Source: Flectonema sp. DT1601 (lineage: Eukaryota). From it: 64,000 nucleotides of DNA. The translations under genes were made by a program, and so were the position numbers. Under the pieces are notes generated by a model. It saw only the letters and a list, made by a program, of their open reading frames with translations, made no database searches and was not told the origin of the DNA. The stretch lies in assembly GCA_964019425.1 (NCBI GenBank), contig OZ025784.1:310001-374000 (forward strand), read 5' to 3'. This document shows, one piece after another, positions 34,401 through 43,900 of this stretch (its first letter is position 1; the number at the start of each line of letters is the position of its first letter).

Positions 34401-37400
34401 AGAGTGATGTGAATACTACTTGGGTTAGAGAATGGGTTTCAATATCTCAAATATCTGGTTCATCTCCTGTTGTAATTGATGGAGGAGGATCACACAGAAT
34501 AATCAGATCAAAACTTTCTGTTACCATTCAATGGACTCACAGCTGTAAACAATGTCAGTTACAGTTCACAGCACACTACCGTGATGACTGGTGGACTAAC
34601 AACACAGTAAGAGCTTCATGGGTCACTCCACCTATTGCGGTTGTCGCAAAACCGATTCCGACGCAAATTGCTCATTATGGAAGACCTGCTTATGATAGTG
34701 TGACTGCAAAACCTTTGAAAAAAGTTGAGAATTCGAATGTTCACGAGACTGGGAATCGAACTTGGTATGAAATAGATCGTGGGACTGAAATATCAATACC
34801 GATAGCAGCTGTTGATGATTTCTTTACTTTGGGTGATGGAAACTCAACTGCCGCACAGAGAACTATCTCACTGACAATATCAAAACAAGTTGGAGACGAC
34901 GTATACGATGGTACTGGCGGGGCATACGTCACGACTCCGTTATCTGTTAGACAAGTTGGATTAAAACTTGAAAATGCGAAGGGAACGATCACCGTCTCCT
35001 TTCCGAGACCTTGTCTTCAATGTTTAATAACTTTAAGAGATTTTGATATCGCCAGTCCAATGCTGCGAACACTTGAAATTCTTATCACCATAAAACCGAT
35101 ACCTACTTCTATTAAGTTATGGTCTGCAGTGAATCCAGAGTTTAGTAATTTACTACCAAACGATGGTATCTCGTCAACGTCAGATTCCATGAGATGGGTG
35201 AATCAAACATTTGTTATTGTGGATGGTGAGTGTATTGCTTACTTAACTACTGCTACTCCAACAGCATATATTGAAACAAGTCCCTGGATAGACAGGTCTA
35301 AACCCGCACCTATTCAACAACAGATTCTCTGCAGCAGTTCTGTTTGTGAACCAAAATTAGGATCAGCGATTGGTTTCTTTATAAAGAATACGACGATAGT
35401 CGATCAGATCACTTCTCGACTGAAGAAAGAAGTATCGCCTTCTGCGGTACTTTTACTTTCTGGATTACTACCAAATGTAAGAGGGAGAATGACTGTTCTA
35501 AGTGAAGGTCTTACAGGTTACTCGTCGACTGTATCGACAACGTGGGGGAATGATTCTCAAGCGGAGAAGTTTGTTATATTGTCTGCGACTACTCCGATGC
35601 CTCCGTGGAGTGGATTTGAATCGAAATCTGTTGATGAGGGATATCAGAGAAAACAAAACTTTCCAACATACGAACTTAACAATACCATACCACCAGGGAG
35701 ACCCTTTCCAATCACAGTTCAGGTTCAGGATTCCATTGGGAGAGTTGTTCGTGGATCAGGTGGGACAGTAATAGCAACACTGCTGACTCCAACAGGTTGT
35801 GGTGATGGTCAGCCGTTCAATCAATTTGGAACCGTTCTGGAATATGGAAATCTCACTACTTGGATTCAGATAGGAAGTCCGTGTGAAAATTGTGTCGTAC
35901 AACTTCAGTACAATCCGTCATGTATGCCCAGCGCATGCTCAAACACTACTTCAGTAACTGTCCCCATGTCACAAAGAGTTAAAAATACTCCCACACTAAA
36001 CATTGCTACTCAGACATTCACTTCTTTATTAATCGATACTTCTAAATCAGTGATTCAGGAATCTGTGTATGTTGGTGAGACCTGCAGACTTGTGGCAGAA
36101 TCTGTTTATTCTCGTTCAGGGATACTAATAAGGGATTCACAGTCAGATGTTGATGCCTACTTGTACAATGCTGTGATCTCTTCTGAGAATAATTTCGGTA
36201 CCGCGTCATCTAAATTAGACTCTGTTGGGGAAGGAGGTTACATTACTTCACAGGACGGTCTCGGAGTGTTGCCGCTTCGATTTGTTAACGGGAGGTTGGA
36301 CACTGAGTTTCGTTTTTCACGAATCTGCTCAGCTTGTGTTCTGATGATTAATATTCCTTCTCGCAATTTAACGTTTCCTTTATTGACAACTACTCCACAA
36401 AATCAACTTTCTAAGAATACCAAAATAAAAGTTCACACGAGAGGTGTTCGAAAGGTATTGGCATCCTCCCTCCCGTCATCAGTGTGGAGGTTGAAGAACT
36501 TCCTTGTGACTCAATGGAATGTAGACTCTGTGGGTGATAGAGATTATGTTTCGATACCGTCAATGTCATTTATAAAAAGAGTTAATTCCGGTGGAAATGG
36601 AAACGGAGGAACACTTTCACACACGAATGATGGATTAGTTCACAATGAAAGTAATTGGAATAATGGAGCCTTGACATGGAGACTTCAATTCTCATCAGCG
36701 TGTCTGCTTTGCCAAGTTCAAGTTGATTCTATCGTAATTTCAATACCAGTTTTGTCACCAGCAGTTGGGATCGCAGTTACGAGTATGATTCCTAACTCTG
36801 GTTTATTTGATTACAATAAGAGGTTAATAGTCTCACTTAAAACAATTGATAATGAAGGTAACACGGATTATTCACTCTCTGGGATTGGAATCCTTCGACT
36901 CTCTCCTTCTGCATTTGAAATTAAACAGCCGTTGTTACCACAGCTGGGGGATGGCGGAAGGATTCTGTACAACGAAACTAATCAATTTAAAATTACCAAT
37001 GGTCTTTCTGAAAATATAAATATCTCTTTTGGAGAACCGACTTTTTCGAGTTTCCTTCACTTTGCTCTCCTCCCGACGTCATCGAATATCAGTTCGAAGA
37101 GAGACGATCGGATTAGAATTTCATCACCACCTCAGATCACAATATTAGTTGTCCCAAATAATATTTCTGTTCTTAATAAAAGTTCTGAAGAAATATATGT
37201 TGGGAATGTATTCAGACTGTGGATTGGTATCGTGAGTATCGATAATTGGGTTTCGACATCCTCAAAAGGATTTGTTGACATCAGTTTTTCCGACTCAACA
37301 GGAGCAGCCAACGTTACGATCTCTGGTGGGAACCGCCACCGATTAGTAGACGGGTTGGTAATGATAGAAATCATTGCTCAGTCTCTTCCTGTTGATGTTA

Positions 37401-39532
37401 ATTCATCGAATTGCACTTTTGAATTCCGCACAGATTCCGCTACGAATATCTCTACCACGTCACTGACGATCCCAATATCACAGGTCTCCCCATCGGAGAT
37501 CAGTTGGGTGAATTCCGTACCTCCTTCGTATGCAATTCAAGATCGAGTTATTAAAATAGAAGTCGCTGTCTTCAGTGACAATGGTTTGCGTGCTACCAGA
37601 TCATCTGGATGGGTTGGGTTAAAACAGATCTCGTGCACCTCAGGTAGGATGTCAACACAAAATCAAACTCTCGATTCAACTGGGACTGCGACATTCGCTG
37701 TGACGTTCAGTGGGGTTGGAGAATGTGTTGTTAAATTACTTTCTGGTAGTTATTCGGTTTGGACAAATTCGAAGGGGACCTCGGAGTTCACAGTCGTCAT
37801 TCAGAAACCTGATGATGTTAGATTCGTGTCAAACATCACTTCAGATGCAACACCAATTCTAAGAACAGGAACAGCCTACCCGTTAGTGATTGAAATCATT
37901 GATAAAAATGGCAATGTTTGTCTTGGAGATTACGACACTTTACTTTCTGTTGAAGTTGTAGGTGGTCCACAAACACTTCAAGTGTTCAACGCGAATACTT
38001 CTGCTTCTGGATTGGGGTCCGTCATTACTGTTTCGGGACCCTATTCGGATAAAACACCTTTTGTCGCATCATCATCTGGTGGGTTTGTATTCCAACTCGC
38101 GTTTTCTAAGAGTACGTCTGATGAGTTGTTGCAATTTCAACTCTTCGCTGACTTTCGTCTGCCGGGAGTCCCACCAGCCACACTCAGCAGTGAGCTCATT
38201 ACAGTCACCGTAGCCGTTACTCGAATTGTATTCAATCCTGTACCTCAAGGGTATCATGTGGGAGGACGTCCCTTTTCGTTATCAATTCTGATAACTGACG
38301 ACTTACAGAATATCCCAAAGTATGACTCTGAAGTTGAATGGAGGGCTACGTTATCAGTCATAAGCCAGCCTTCGCTAATCTCTAGATTTATACCGATTGG
38401 GAGAACAACATCATTGAGTGTGATGACTCATCTACCACAAGTAGTGTTTGAGCTTCAGTGGAGTGGGAGGGATATTCCTGTCGAAGTGGAAGTATCATCG
38501 TCTGGAATCGAACCCGCGACTGCTTGGCTGTCATTTCAAAGAGTTTCTAGATTACGATTGTTAGAATCTGTAGTATCGAATGACATTGCAACAAACTACG
38601 TGTTGGTATTGGGTGTCAGAGTTGTTGATGCGATTGACCAAACTGTATTGGGAGATTCCCTTTCAAATATCACGGCAGTCGTACAAAACAATAACTTTGC
38701 CTTCCCCATTCAAACTAATCAGGTCAGCAACGGCATAACGTCTTTTAAATTTTTATTCTCTCAGCCAGAGCTTTTTATTAATATTTCAATCAGCCTTGTT
38801 GGAAGTGATCTCAACCTGACCTTCGGGCCATTTTCAGTTGTGAATCAGGGACCAACTCTACGACCGGCTCCATTAGTGGTGTACGTCCCACCAGTTGCGT
38901 CTGTTTTATTAAGTGCGTCTGTTAGAGGGTTCGATGTAAATAAATTCGTTGTATCTGTGGGGCAGGCGCTGGGGTTGTCATCAGCCAACTTGAACGTCAT
39001 TAAAATATGTGAAGTTCCCAACGGCAGCAGCTGCCGATACTATTCAACAGCAAAGAAGGTACTCGTTGGGTCTGATGCTGACCAATATAGGGATATCGCA
39101 ATACAACAGACTGGTCAACAGACTGGTGGTGGTGGTGGTGGTAGTGAGACTGCTGCAGCTGTTGTTGATTTTCAGGTGGTTTTGACTCCGTCTCAGGGTC
39201 TTGTTGGGTCATTCGCATCTGCGGATATTGCGACAAAGAATATAATCAATTCTCTGAGCGATATCTTACAAAATAGCAGCAGCGTCTTGAGTAAAGACAT
39301 CCACGCAATACCTCAGACTATCACTGTCACTGACCTTCAGGTCATTCCAACTCCGAGACCCGCGGTGCCGAAACCAACGCCCATGCCTTGGACTTCAACC
39401 CCTCGCCCTCTGGAAGCACCAATCGAGATCATTGGACTCCCTCCTTATGAGTCTTATGCATCAACTGCTGTGATGTTGGAAAACTTTGTCATGTTTCAGG
39501 TAGTTGTTGGATGTTTATTATTGCTGTTGTGA
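28472..39532 (+). CDS. Giant secreted or surface protein (3686 aa)
   Basis: Signal peptide MRLPLLLLLTFLSPVLSA; repeated (Y/F)xxCY and CxxC beta-rich modules; Pro/Thr stalk; hydrophobic C-terminus (GPI or TM anchor). Confidence 0.85.
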   Translation: MRLPLLLLLTFLSPVLSAASRNPSATLLLSENLQSLEPDFDTFEYKINIYPSDVDYYTSGQYVRLRLSVSGYLRDGSALSSQEGKWQWLNTSEDQAGIMIVKHFVGGDSSSGVNYCNTTADSDVIDWTTDLSSAGGSDHVPSHTVSDSNIECGISDSSCIRDSNAQALDAFATFELPFNFNGLFRLCYRRSQSYFMNSTSELGWFNPRESQEVNSLSSGDWSAPDHYARHQWQDPTGVVDSDYLNFTTYRILPSGYYWEAAGDPKFQNGDHMVMGVKQTNWFGASQVASTDKTYSDQIKLVPTGTKCIEEVDIGRYPGTVLSNTVGVWADGAFDMGVTINSGNGTMSSTVGYHSNGTDWCPFIASSSPSFTTSLTSSSDYILAFTVLQEGDWDVCYSSRYDRTIGSAFYSSDSKISAKIQSPGGWRKIPRGSGGTISKLTVAVYSPTVTWSAVDRTSDSWGEIELKELGSGTTLQTSAATLHDEITSTSGRSYQTLSGGDQVRVVESSLLTSLDSESPDGCWSTFLPKTSTTDLLGTMTFSSTKETFWSSIPNLNNNIDDRFLHLQFPSSGSYVVCYRSVGEWWNTIGSLLITESGQTNISYHLNDTREGTWGPLQIISPIFDLTTQPYSGSELSIAVTVVESSIGGCQPHSDAFKYSQHLVWVSVDVGTFTDRFASDQIRRDRVSVWMNVPTAASSYYVCIKHGTKNWQSLTSTGLLSPTTKPTILIEMLDRRSLTFGSFRLQSRVSKTSTTLVNDLGTKDEFMLVANNSAGDNFFCGDNSTHVMNLFPTTFTDLIVKEVEYSAAYCPSNSNNENDPCYNSLDQIGFKDGFNTDLYTSTVFHLVTIPNVDTSGYFICYRQLLMNWIKIEPISVEPPHGVNLINPIVELTSGRWFDFHFNVTGGTKFNLLPNKDVVKLVLEEDGCHQPHFQSAISTDLFHPTNSTLSDSFNQMFAAAGISIPVVKLKVNISICLRQHSEFGFMNWIRLPNTILIKPSGVSFSLSTSLVSSGLAHFRFISKGLFDTRPGKDAFSLILHTSYCKNQTGISDLGPSNSKGVATAEALTTLKTSSTELQYRVCYLLSSGEFTGWIQIPEEIDNNILRSFGLSDNGIDSGSQNGIIKVSTTTIEGIFIGRDLFSPENIKTLNTYPLVGGIETSTSLTSYQLSIIGKGFDSSKDKFKFVQNTGTDSCAAEASIGTLTDNLYQIGSNPSWIVPVMTLPFETGLYSACYLWGSLPGPIWIRVPITTLSDVSPYSDIRETRDVIGIVKSDIYFSQIGSGGSLIVIEDHYPSPSLSADSSSRADASDSARIIASNGLCQNITTTTARSSTSVSNHTLLVMPVDDSFTGSSSSFSSVKLPQLEVDWPPSGIHPLKLCYKKQVSSGRVNRGIWLVVSGVVGNQFYITPAVPHSINIVGGSLLTNENKTLIGSEFTVKYQVVGEGGEAVRGNRFIAVIGRGEFGIGSPVTASDCTSSEVASQYGWPSNNTIIRTTSEGIAVAQLTWTSSCSQCWVRPYLLDTPDVTGEYFQFESLSSPISEFSTLPGKSSSGYLEGAVPGNPIYLHDGVSYNFTVVGLTASGRRALASGGHAININITEGGNILSFFGISTSETYGKLLRTVTSGGHTYQPSLDSSGRLELMLHMKPASTFSSSTGGRITLMISSLGQSNRPNAISVSFWVVPVLPVFLKVVTIEPVTSHILPQIWRPEDWPFPLIVSSSTSYPRNYSLSKSTAAPGHYLLRGSRYTVRAKVYDGLGRVVSPEHYASRARANLAKLSLVDSAGGIVVGIQLFGVFAKNGLISIVLGINIGFNPEKPCTVSLTIAGATGEFTTPVRSTANALRITSAIPSHVNAGEDLPDIVIEAVDREGNVDLWHSCYVWPLLSSLNSRRRLSIENNNRQVGYSARQLLVNGRVTFSKLKFTSPASDGISLLSDSGLEIFETNKITVSDNAHKLTGSVSISSTSVSARHKYTITLTVLDKSDVNTTWVREWVSISQISGSSPVVIDGGGSHRIIRSKLSVTIQWTHSCKQCQLQFTAHYRDDWWTNNTVRASWVTPPIAVVAKPIPTQIAHYGRPAYDSVTAKPLKKVENSNVHETGNRTWYEIDRGTEISIPIAAVDDFFTLGDGNSTAAQRTISLTISKQVGDDVYDGTGGAYVTTPLSVRQVGLKLENAKGTITVSFPRPCLQCLITLRDFDIASPMLRTLEILITIKPIPTSIKLWSAVNPEFSNLLPNDGISSTSDSMRWVNQTFVIVDGECIAYLTTATPTAYIETSPWIDRSKPAPIQQQILCSSSVCEPKLGSAIGFFIKNTTIVDQITSRLKKEVSPSAVLLLSGLLPNVRGRMTVLSEGLTGYSSTVSTTWGNDSQAEKFVILSATTPMPPWSGFESKSVDEGYQRKQNFPTYELNNTIPPGRPFPITVQVQDSIGRVVRGSGGTVIATLLTPTGCGDGQPFNQFGTVLEYGNLTTWIQIGSPCENCVVQLQYNPSCMPSACSNTTSVTVPMSQRVKNTPTLNIATQTFTSLLIDTSKSVIQESVYVGETCRLVAESVYSRSGILIRDSQSDVDAYLYNAVISSENNFGTASSKLDSVGEGGYITSQDGLGVLPLRFVNGRLDTEFRFSRICSACVLMINIPSRNLTFPLLTTTPQNQLSKNTKIKVHTRGVRKVLASSLPSSVWRLKNFLVTQWNVDSVGDRDYVSIPSMSFIKRVNSGGNGNGGTLSHTNDGLVHNESNWNNGALTWRLQFSSACLLCQVQVDSIVISIPVLSPAVGIAVTSMIPNSGLFDYNKRLIVSLKTIDNEGNTDYSLSGIGILRLSPSAFEIKQPLLPQLGDGGRILYNETNQFKITNGLSENINISFGEPTFSSFLHFALLPTSSNISSKRDDRIRISSPPQITILVVPNNISVLNKSSEEIYVGNVFRLWIGIVSIDNWVSTSSKGFVDISFSDSTGAANVTISGGNRHRLVDGLVMIEIIAQSLPVDVNSSNCTFEFRTDSATNISTTSLTIPISQVSPSEISWVNSVPPSYAIQDRVIKIEVAVFSDNGLRATRSSGWVGLKQISCTSGRMSTQNQTLDSTGTATFAVTFSGVGECVVKLLSGSYSVWTNSKGTSEFTVVIQKPDDVRFVSNITSDATPILRTGTAYPLVIEIIDKNGNVCLGDYDTLLSVEVVGGPQTLQVFNANTSASGLGSVITVSGPYSDKTPFVASSSGGFVFQLAFSKSTSDELLQFQLFADFRLPGVPPATLSSELITVTVAVTRIVFNPVPQGYHVGGRPFSLSILITDDLQNIPKYDSEVEWRATLSVISQPSLISRFIPIGRTTSLSVMTHLPQVVFELQWSGRDIPVEVEVSSSGIEPATAWLSFQRVSRLRLLESVVSNDIATNYVLVLGVRVVDAIDQTVLGDSLSNITAVVQNNNFAFPIQTNQVSNGITSFKFLFSQPELFINISISLVGSDLNLTFGPFSVVNQGPTLRPAPLVVYVPPVASVLLSASVRGFDVNKFVVSVGQALGLSSANLNVIKICEVPNGSSCRYYSTAKKVLVGSDADQYRDIAIQQTGQQTGGGGGGSETAAAVVDFQVVLTPSQGLVGSFASADIATKNIINSLSDILQNSSSVLSKDIHAIPQTITVTDLQVIPTPRPAVPKPTPMPWTSTPRPLEAPIEIIGLPPYESYASTAVMLENFVMFQVVVGCLLLLL

Positions 39533-40645
39533 AATCTTTCCCTTCAATTTACCAAGTTGAGAGTTGACATATTTTTACATTTCTTTTGAAGTAAAAAAAT
39601 TCTTATCGTTCCTATTTTGTTTTTAATTCTCTATAAAACCATATCAGGTAAAGCTGGTATTTTTTTTGTCAAGTTTTCTTCTAATCGCACGTTTACATAA
39701 AAAATCATTCGGTTGCTGTACTCGTTAGTGAGCCTTGTCTTCCGACTATGCACCTTTCAGTTACACAAAGAAAACTATTTTTAAAATCACTGTAAACTAA
39801 TTCAGTTTTCTACTCCTTTCATTTGGTTAGCTGTTCAGGTCTTACGACCTCGCTCGGGTTGGTTGCAGTTTCTTTACAAACATTATCACTAATTACAATC
39901 AGGTTATATATTTAAATCTGTACTTGATCTGGATGAAGTCCCCAAGAACTGAAGGCCTAAAAAAACAAAAAGCCCTGTGTTTTTTAAGTCCTTCTTGTTG
40001 TTTAATTTGGATTGATTGACATGTGGTGACTTTTTGCCATGGCGTCGGTCTGCTGAAACTCTACTCCGTAGAGAACTGTGGTTGTAGACAAGGAGCACAT
40101 GAAGTCGGTTTGAATGACATATGGACTGGTGACTTTTGGCCACGCTTGCTTTGTTAGTCATGACAAACAGAAGCGAGAGATGAGTTTTGCTAACATCTTT
40201 CTTTTTTCAGGGAGTCTTACTGTGGGACTTCTCTTGTTGTTGTTAATTTCCCATCCGCCTGAGGGAATCCATAAACCGCTGTCACTCACCAGTGTGTTTA
40301 TGACCTTCGTCGCTCTATGCCATAGAGCGACAAGTGATTAATGGATCATAGTTGTCTTTTCTGTCTTTTCTCTTGACTGTTTGGTGTCACCGGGGTCATC
40401 TGTTGATGTAATGGAGTCTGCAGTTGTTCGTGAGACTCTGAAGGTATGTCTGCTTGACGTTTTGGAGTGTCAAACTAGCATCTTCTGTTTACATCGCTTG
40501 TCTCTTCATCTGGTATTGCCGCGCGCTCCCGTTTTCATTTGGCTGCCGGGTGACTTGTGCCTAAGAAGCGATTCACGTTCCCTAGTATACCAACTGCATC
40601 TAATAACACTGGAGAAACTTGCGAAGGTAACTAAAAAAGGAAAAA

Positions 40646-40717
40646 TGGAGAATGAGGGGTTCGAACCCTCGACCTCCCGTATGCAGAACGGGCGCTCTAC
40701 CACTGAGCTAATCCCCC
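40646..40717 (-). tRNA. trnA-UGC: tRNA-Ala(UGC)
   Basis: GGGGGAT TA GCTC AGTGGTA GAGC G CCCGT TCTGCAT ACGGG AGGTC GAGGG TTCGAAC CCCTC ATTCTCC A forms a full cloverleaf with the G3:U70 Ala identity pair, followed by a T5 terminator; C at position 33. Confidence 0.93.
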
Positions 40718-40741
40718 GATGTAAAAGAAGAAATCTTTTAA

Positions 40742-40802
40742 GGGACCACACAAAATGCCTCCACGCGGCGGTCTCGGACGGCTGCGGCCGACAAAAAATT
40801 GT
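40742..40802 (+). ncRNA. HDV-like self-cleaving ribozyme candidate at the 5' end of retroelement family A
   Basis: P1 GGGACC/GGTCTC, P3 GCC/GGC, L3 TCCACGC, P1.1 CC/GG, P4 CGGC/GCCG, catalytic C40792 followed by AAA; P2 ACAAAAT/AAATTGT has 2 mismatches. Confidence 0.7.
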
Positions 40803-40900
40803 AGGGATGAAGCGATATCAACGGACATCATGAGATCTGGTCAAAAGGAAAGACGAATTCAGCAGGAACAAGCTTCTATAATTGGTCATTAGAAGCTGCC

Positions 40901-43900
40901 ATGGAAGTATTAAACGAGCCCCAGCAGATAACGAGACCATTGAGCTCATCCTCCCCAGATATTATTGCTCTGGATAATTCAATGATGGCAAACATAGGAC
41001 TGCTAAATGGATGGAGTAGCGACCATCTTCCAATAAGTGTAAAGATTGAAAACATACACTTGACGAAAACCAAACCACAATCGAACGAGATGTGGCAATG
41101 GAAATGGAAGTGTGCAAAGTGGCATGCATACTCGGAGGTTTTAACGACGGCGGCAACGAAGTTAAAGAATATTGAAACAGTGCAAAAACTTGCAACAAGG
41201 ATCTCTGTAGAAATTCTGAAGGCTGCGAAACAAACCATACCGGGCTATAAGAAAAGGACGCAAACCACCTTCTCAGTGAGGGATCCAGAAATAGAAAGAC
41301 TGCTTGATGAACCCAACCAGGACAAAGTTGACAAGGATGCCATTGCGGAAGGCATCAGAAAAATTAAAAGAAACATCATCGAATGTGACATGACTGGGAT
41401 GGACTACCAATGGGCTTTCAGAAAAGTAAAGCAACTTGAAGGGGGCATTGTTGATAATAACATTAGCGAATTAGAACATGAAGGCAGTACAACAACTGAT
41501 CCAAAAGAAATGGCAGACATATTTACCACGGCATACGCGACACAATTCAATCTGGTAGACGACGAAGTGCCCTCCTTGGTATTTGAGAACAAACCAGGGG
41601 ACGAAGGCAATGAAGAATTCACAATGAGAGAACTAAAGCGACAGCTCAAGAAATTAAAAGACAAGAAAGCACCCGGGTCGGATGGGGTGTGGAACACTAT
41701 GTTAAAGAAACTCCCAGAAACATTTATGGTGCAACTCTTACGGCTGTTCAACATGACTTGGGAAAAGTCGGCGGTTCCGAGATCTTGGAAGTATGGGATA
41801 GTAGTTCCAATCTTAAAATCGGGAAAAGACAAGAAACGTGTACTCTCTTACCGACCAATAACATTGACGTCAGCAATAAGCAAGTTGTTTGAGAAGATGA
41901 TGGCAGAAAGGATGCATCATTTACTTGGAGACAGAATGAGTGCGCGGCAAGCCGCATATAAAAGAGGGCGCAGTGCCGTAGAAAATCTCTGCATGATAAC
42001 AGAGAGACTACTAGATGGAAGGTACCGAGGTAGGGAATCGATGTTAATGACGTTTGACCTGCAGAAGGCATTCGATGCCGTCCAACCGAAAATTCTACTG
42101 AAGAGGATGTCTGAAGTTGGGATACCGGCGAAATACACAAGATGGGTCCAGAGCTATTTGACTGGGAGAAAGATCACAACCAGAGTAAACGGCGAAAAGG
42201 GAACATTCAAACACATACAAGTTGGAGTACCCCAAGGAAGTGTCCTAGGACCACAGCTATTCTCGATATACATCGAAAGCCTTATACGAGAATTGAATAG
42301 GTATAAACCAGCAGTCTTTGCAGATGATGTTGGGCTCGTGATGACATCTCCAGATGTTAAAGGACTGGAGGACAAAGCTAACACAGCAGTACGCATCTTC
42401 TCAAATTGGGCCGCGGCATCCCACATTTGTATAAACAAGAGCCCGGGTAAAACAGAGTTCATACATGTGAGGCCGGATACCGATAGCCAAGAAAATAAGT
42501 CTCCACAAGTGCTATACCCGGAGGGGCACACCTTCAAATATGTCGTCACAACAGCAGAGGCCATCCGAAAAATGCTAAATAATCAGGACTCAACTACTAT
42601 AGGCAATTCTAAAAAGGCGATAACACATTTCTATGTGGTTCCGCAGCATAAAATAAAACGAAAATTACCGACGACAGAAACTGTATTGGTAGACATGCAG
42701 ATGGAACCTAGTAAATGCTCACAACTGCAAAAGGTTCGCACCAGAGGAGACATCCTGAGGATGCTACAAGGAACTGGATCTGGTCTCAAGGCTTTTGCAT
42801 TTTCGGTGGTGGACAAACTACATGAAACGGATGTAGTAAGATACTTGGGAGTTCTGTACGACAAAAACCTCGACTTCAAAACTCACATGCGAAAGATGAT
42901 GACGGCAGCCTCCAGAGGACTGGGGCTCCTGCTAAGACTCTCCAGGATGGGATGCAGGAAGAGAACCCTCATCTGTGTGCTGGTGACTGTTGTAATGGCG
43001 AGAGTGCTCTATGGGGTTGAAAGTTTTGCCTGGCTGCTGCCAAAGAGAGGTGACGTCAGTCTTGAGAGGCTAAACATCTTAATAAACAGAGCCGCTAGAC
43101 AGGTAACGGGATGTCTGCCAAGCACCAGACTGAGGAACTTGTACCATGAAGCAGATATGCCGAAATTACAAGAACACATACGCTACAAGATGTGTAGGGC
43201 CTATGAAGAATTCAAATTAAGTCCCCACCTACCAGCTTGTAGCCTCACAATGACGGAGGGAGGCCTAAACTACCCACCAAAAACAGCTTGGGGTCGCATA
43301 GTTTGGGATGAATATGTGTCGGGGATCCCGGGACTCGACAAACACAGAAGCTCGTATCACTCGGAAATCAATCCAAAGCACTATAAGATGCGATCATGGA
43401 AGGTAACTAATGCAATGGAATTCAATTACTGTTTTGGAAAAGAAGAGGCAAAAGACAAAGAAGCCGGTCTACCAATTGAAGACGTGAAGGTGTACACAGA
43501 TGGGTCTATTAGACATAGGACGAAGACGTACATGACCAAGTCAGGAGCATCTGTGATAATAGTGAAGGGTAAGGAAGTTAGCATGACCGGATTCAGAATA
43601 CCTGTAGCAGGAAGCTCCTACAGAACTGAACAGATAGCCGTGGAACAAGCGATGAGAATACTCCTGAAAAACAAAAAGGCATCCGAAGGAATACTTCCCA
43701 CAACAAAGACGCATATTCTAACTGACTCAATGTCGCTAATACAGGCACTTGAGCGAGGACCTGAAGAACAGAAATCTGCTACAAATGCATCAATCTGGAA
43801 GTTAGCACTGAAACTGGAACACAGAGGTGTTAATATTAACATGCAGTATGTCCCGGCACATATGGATGTGCTGTATAATGAAATAGCAGACAAGGTGGCA

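Noticed and set aside
39900..40620. Possible decayed minus-strand retroelement downstream of the tRNA, with an 11-bp palindrome at 40309-40331
   Set aside because: Only a vague CH..HVLL resemblance and no RT or RNase H motif that I can support
40742..40802. Phage-type tRNA 3'-trailer (theta) ribozyme interpretation
   Set aside because: The ribozyme is upstream of the tRNA and on the opposite strand, so it cannot process it
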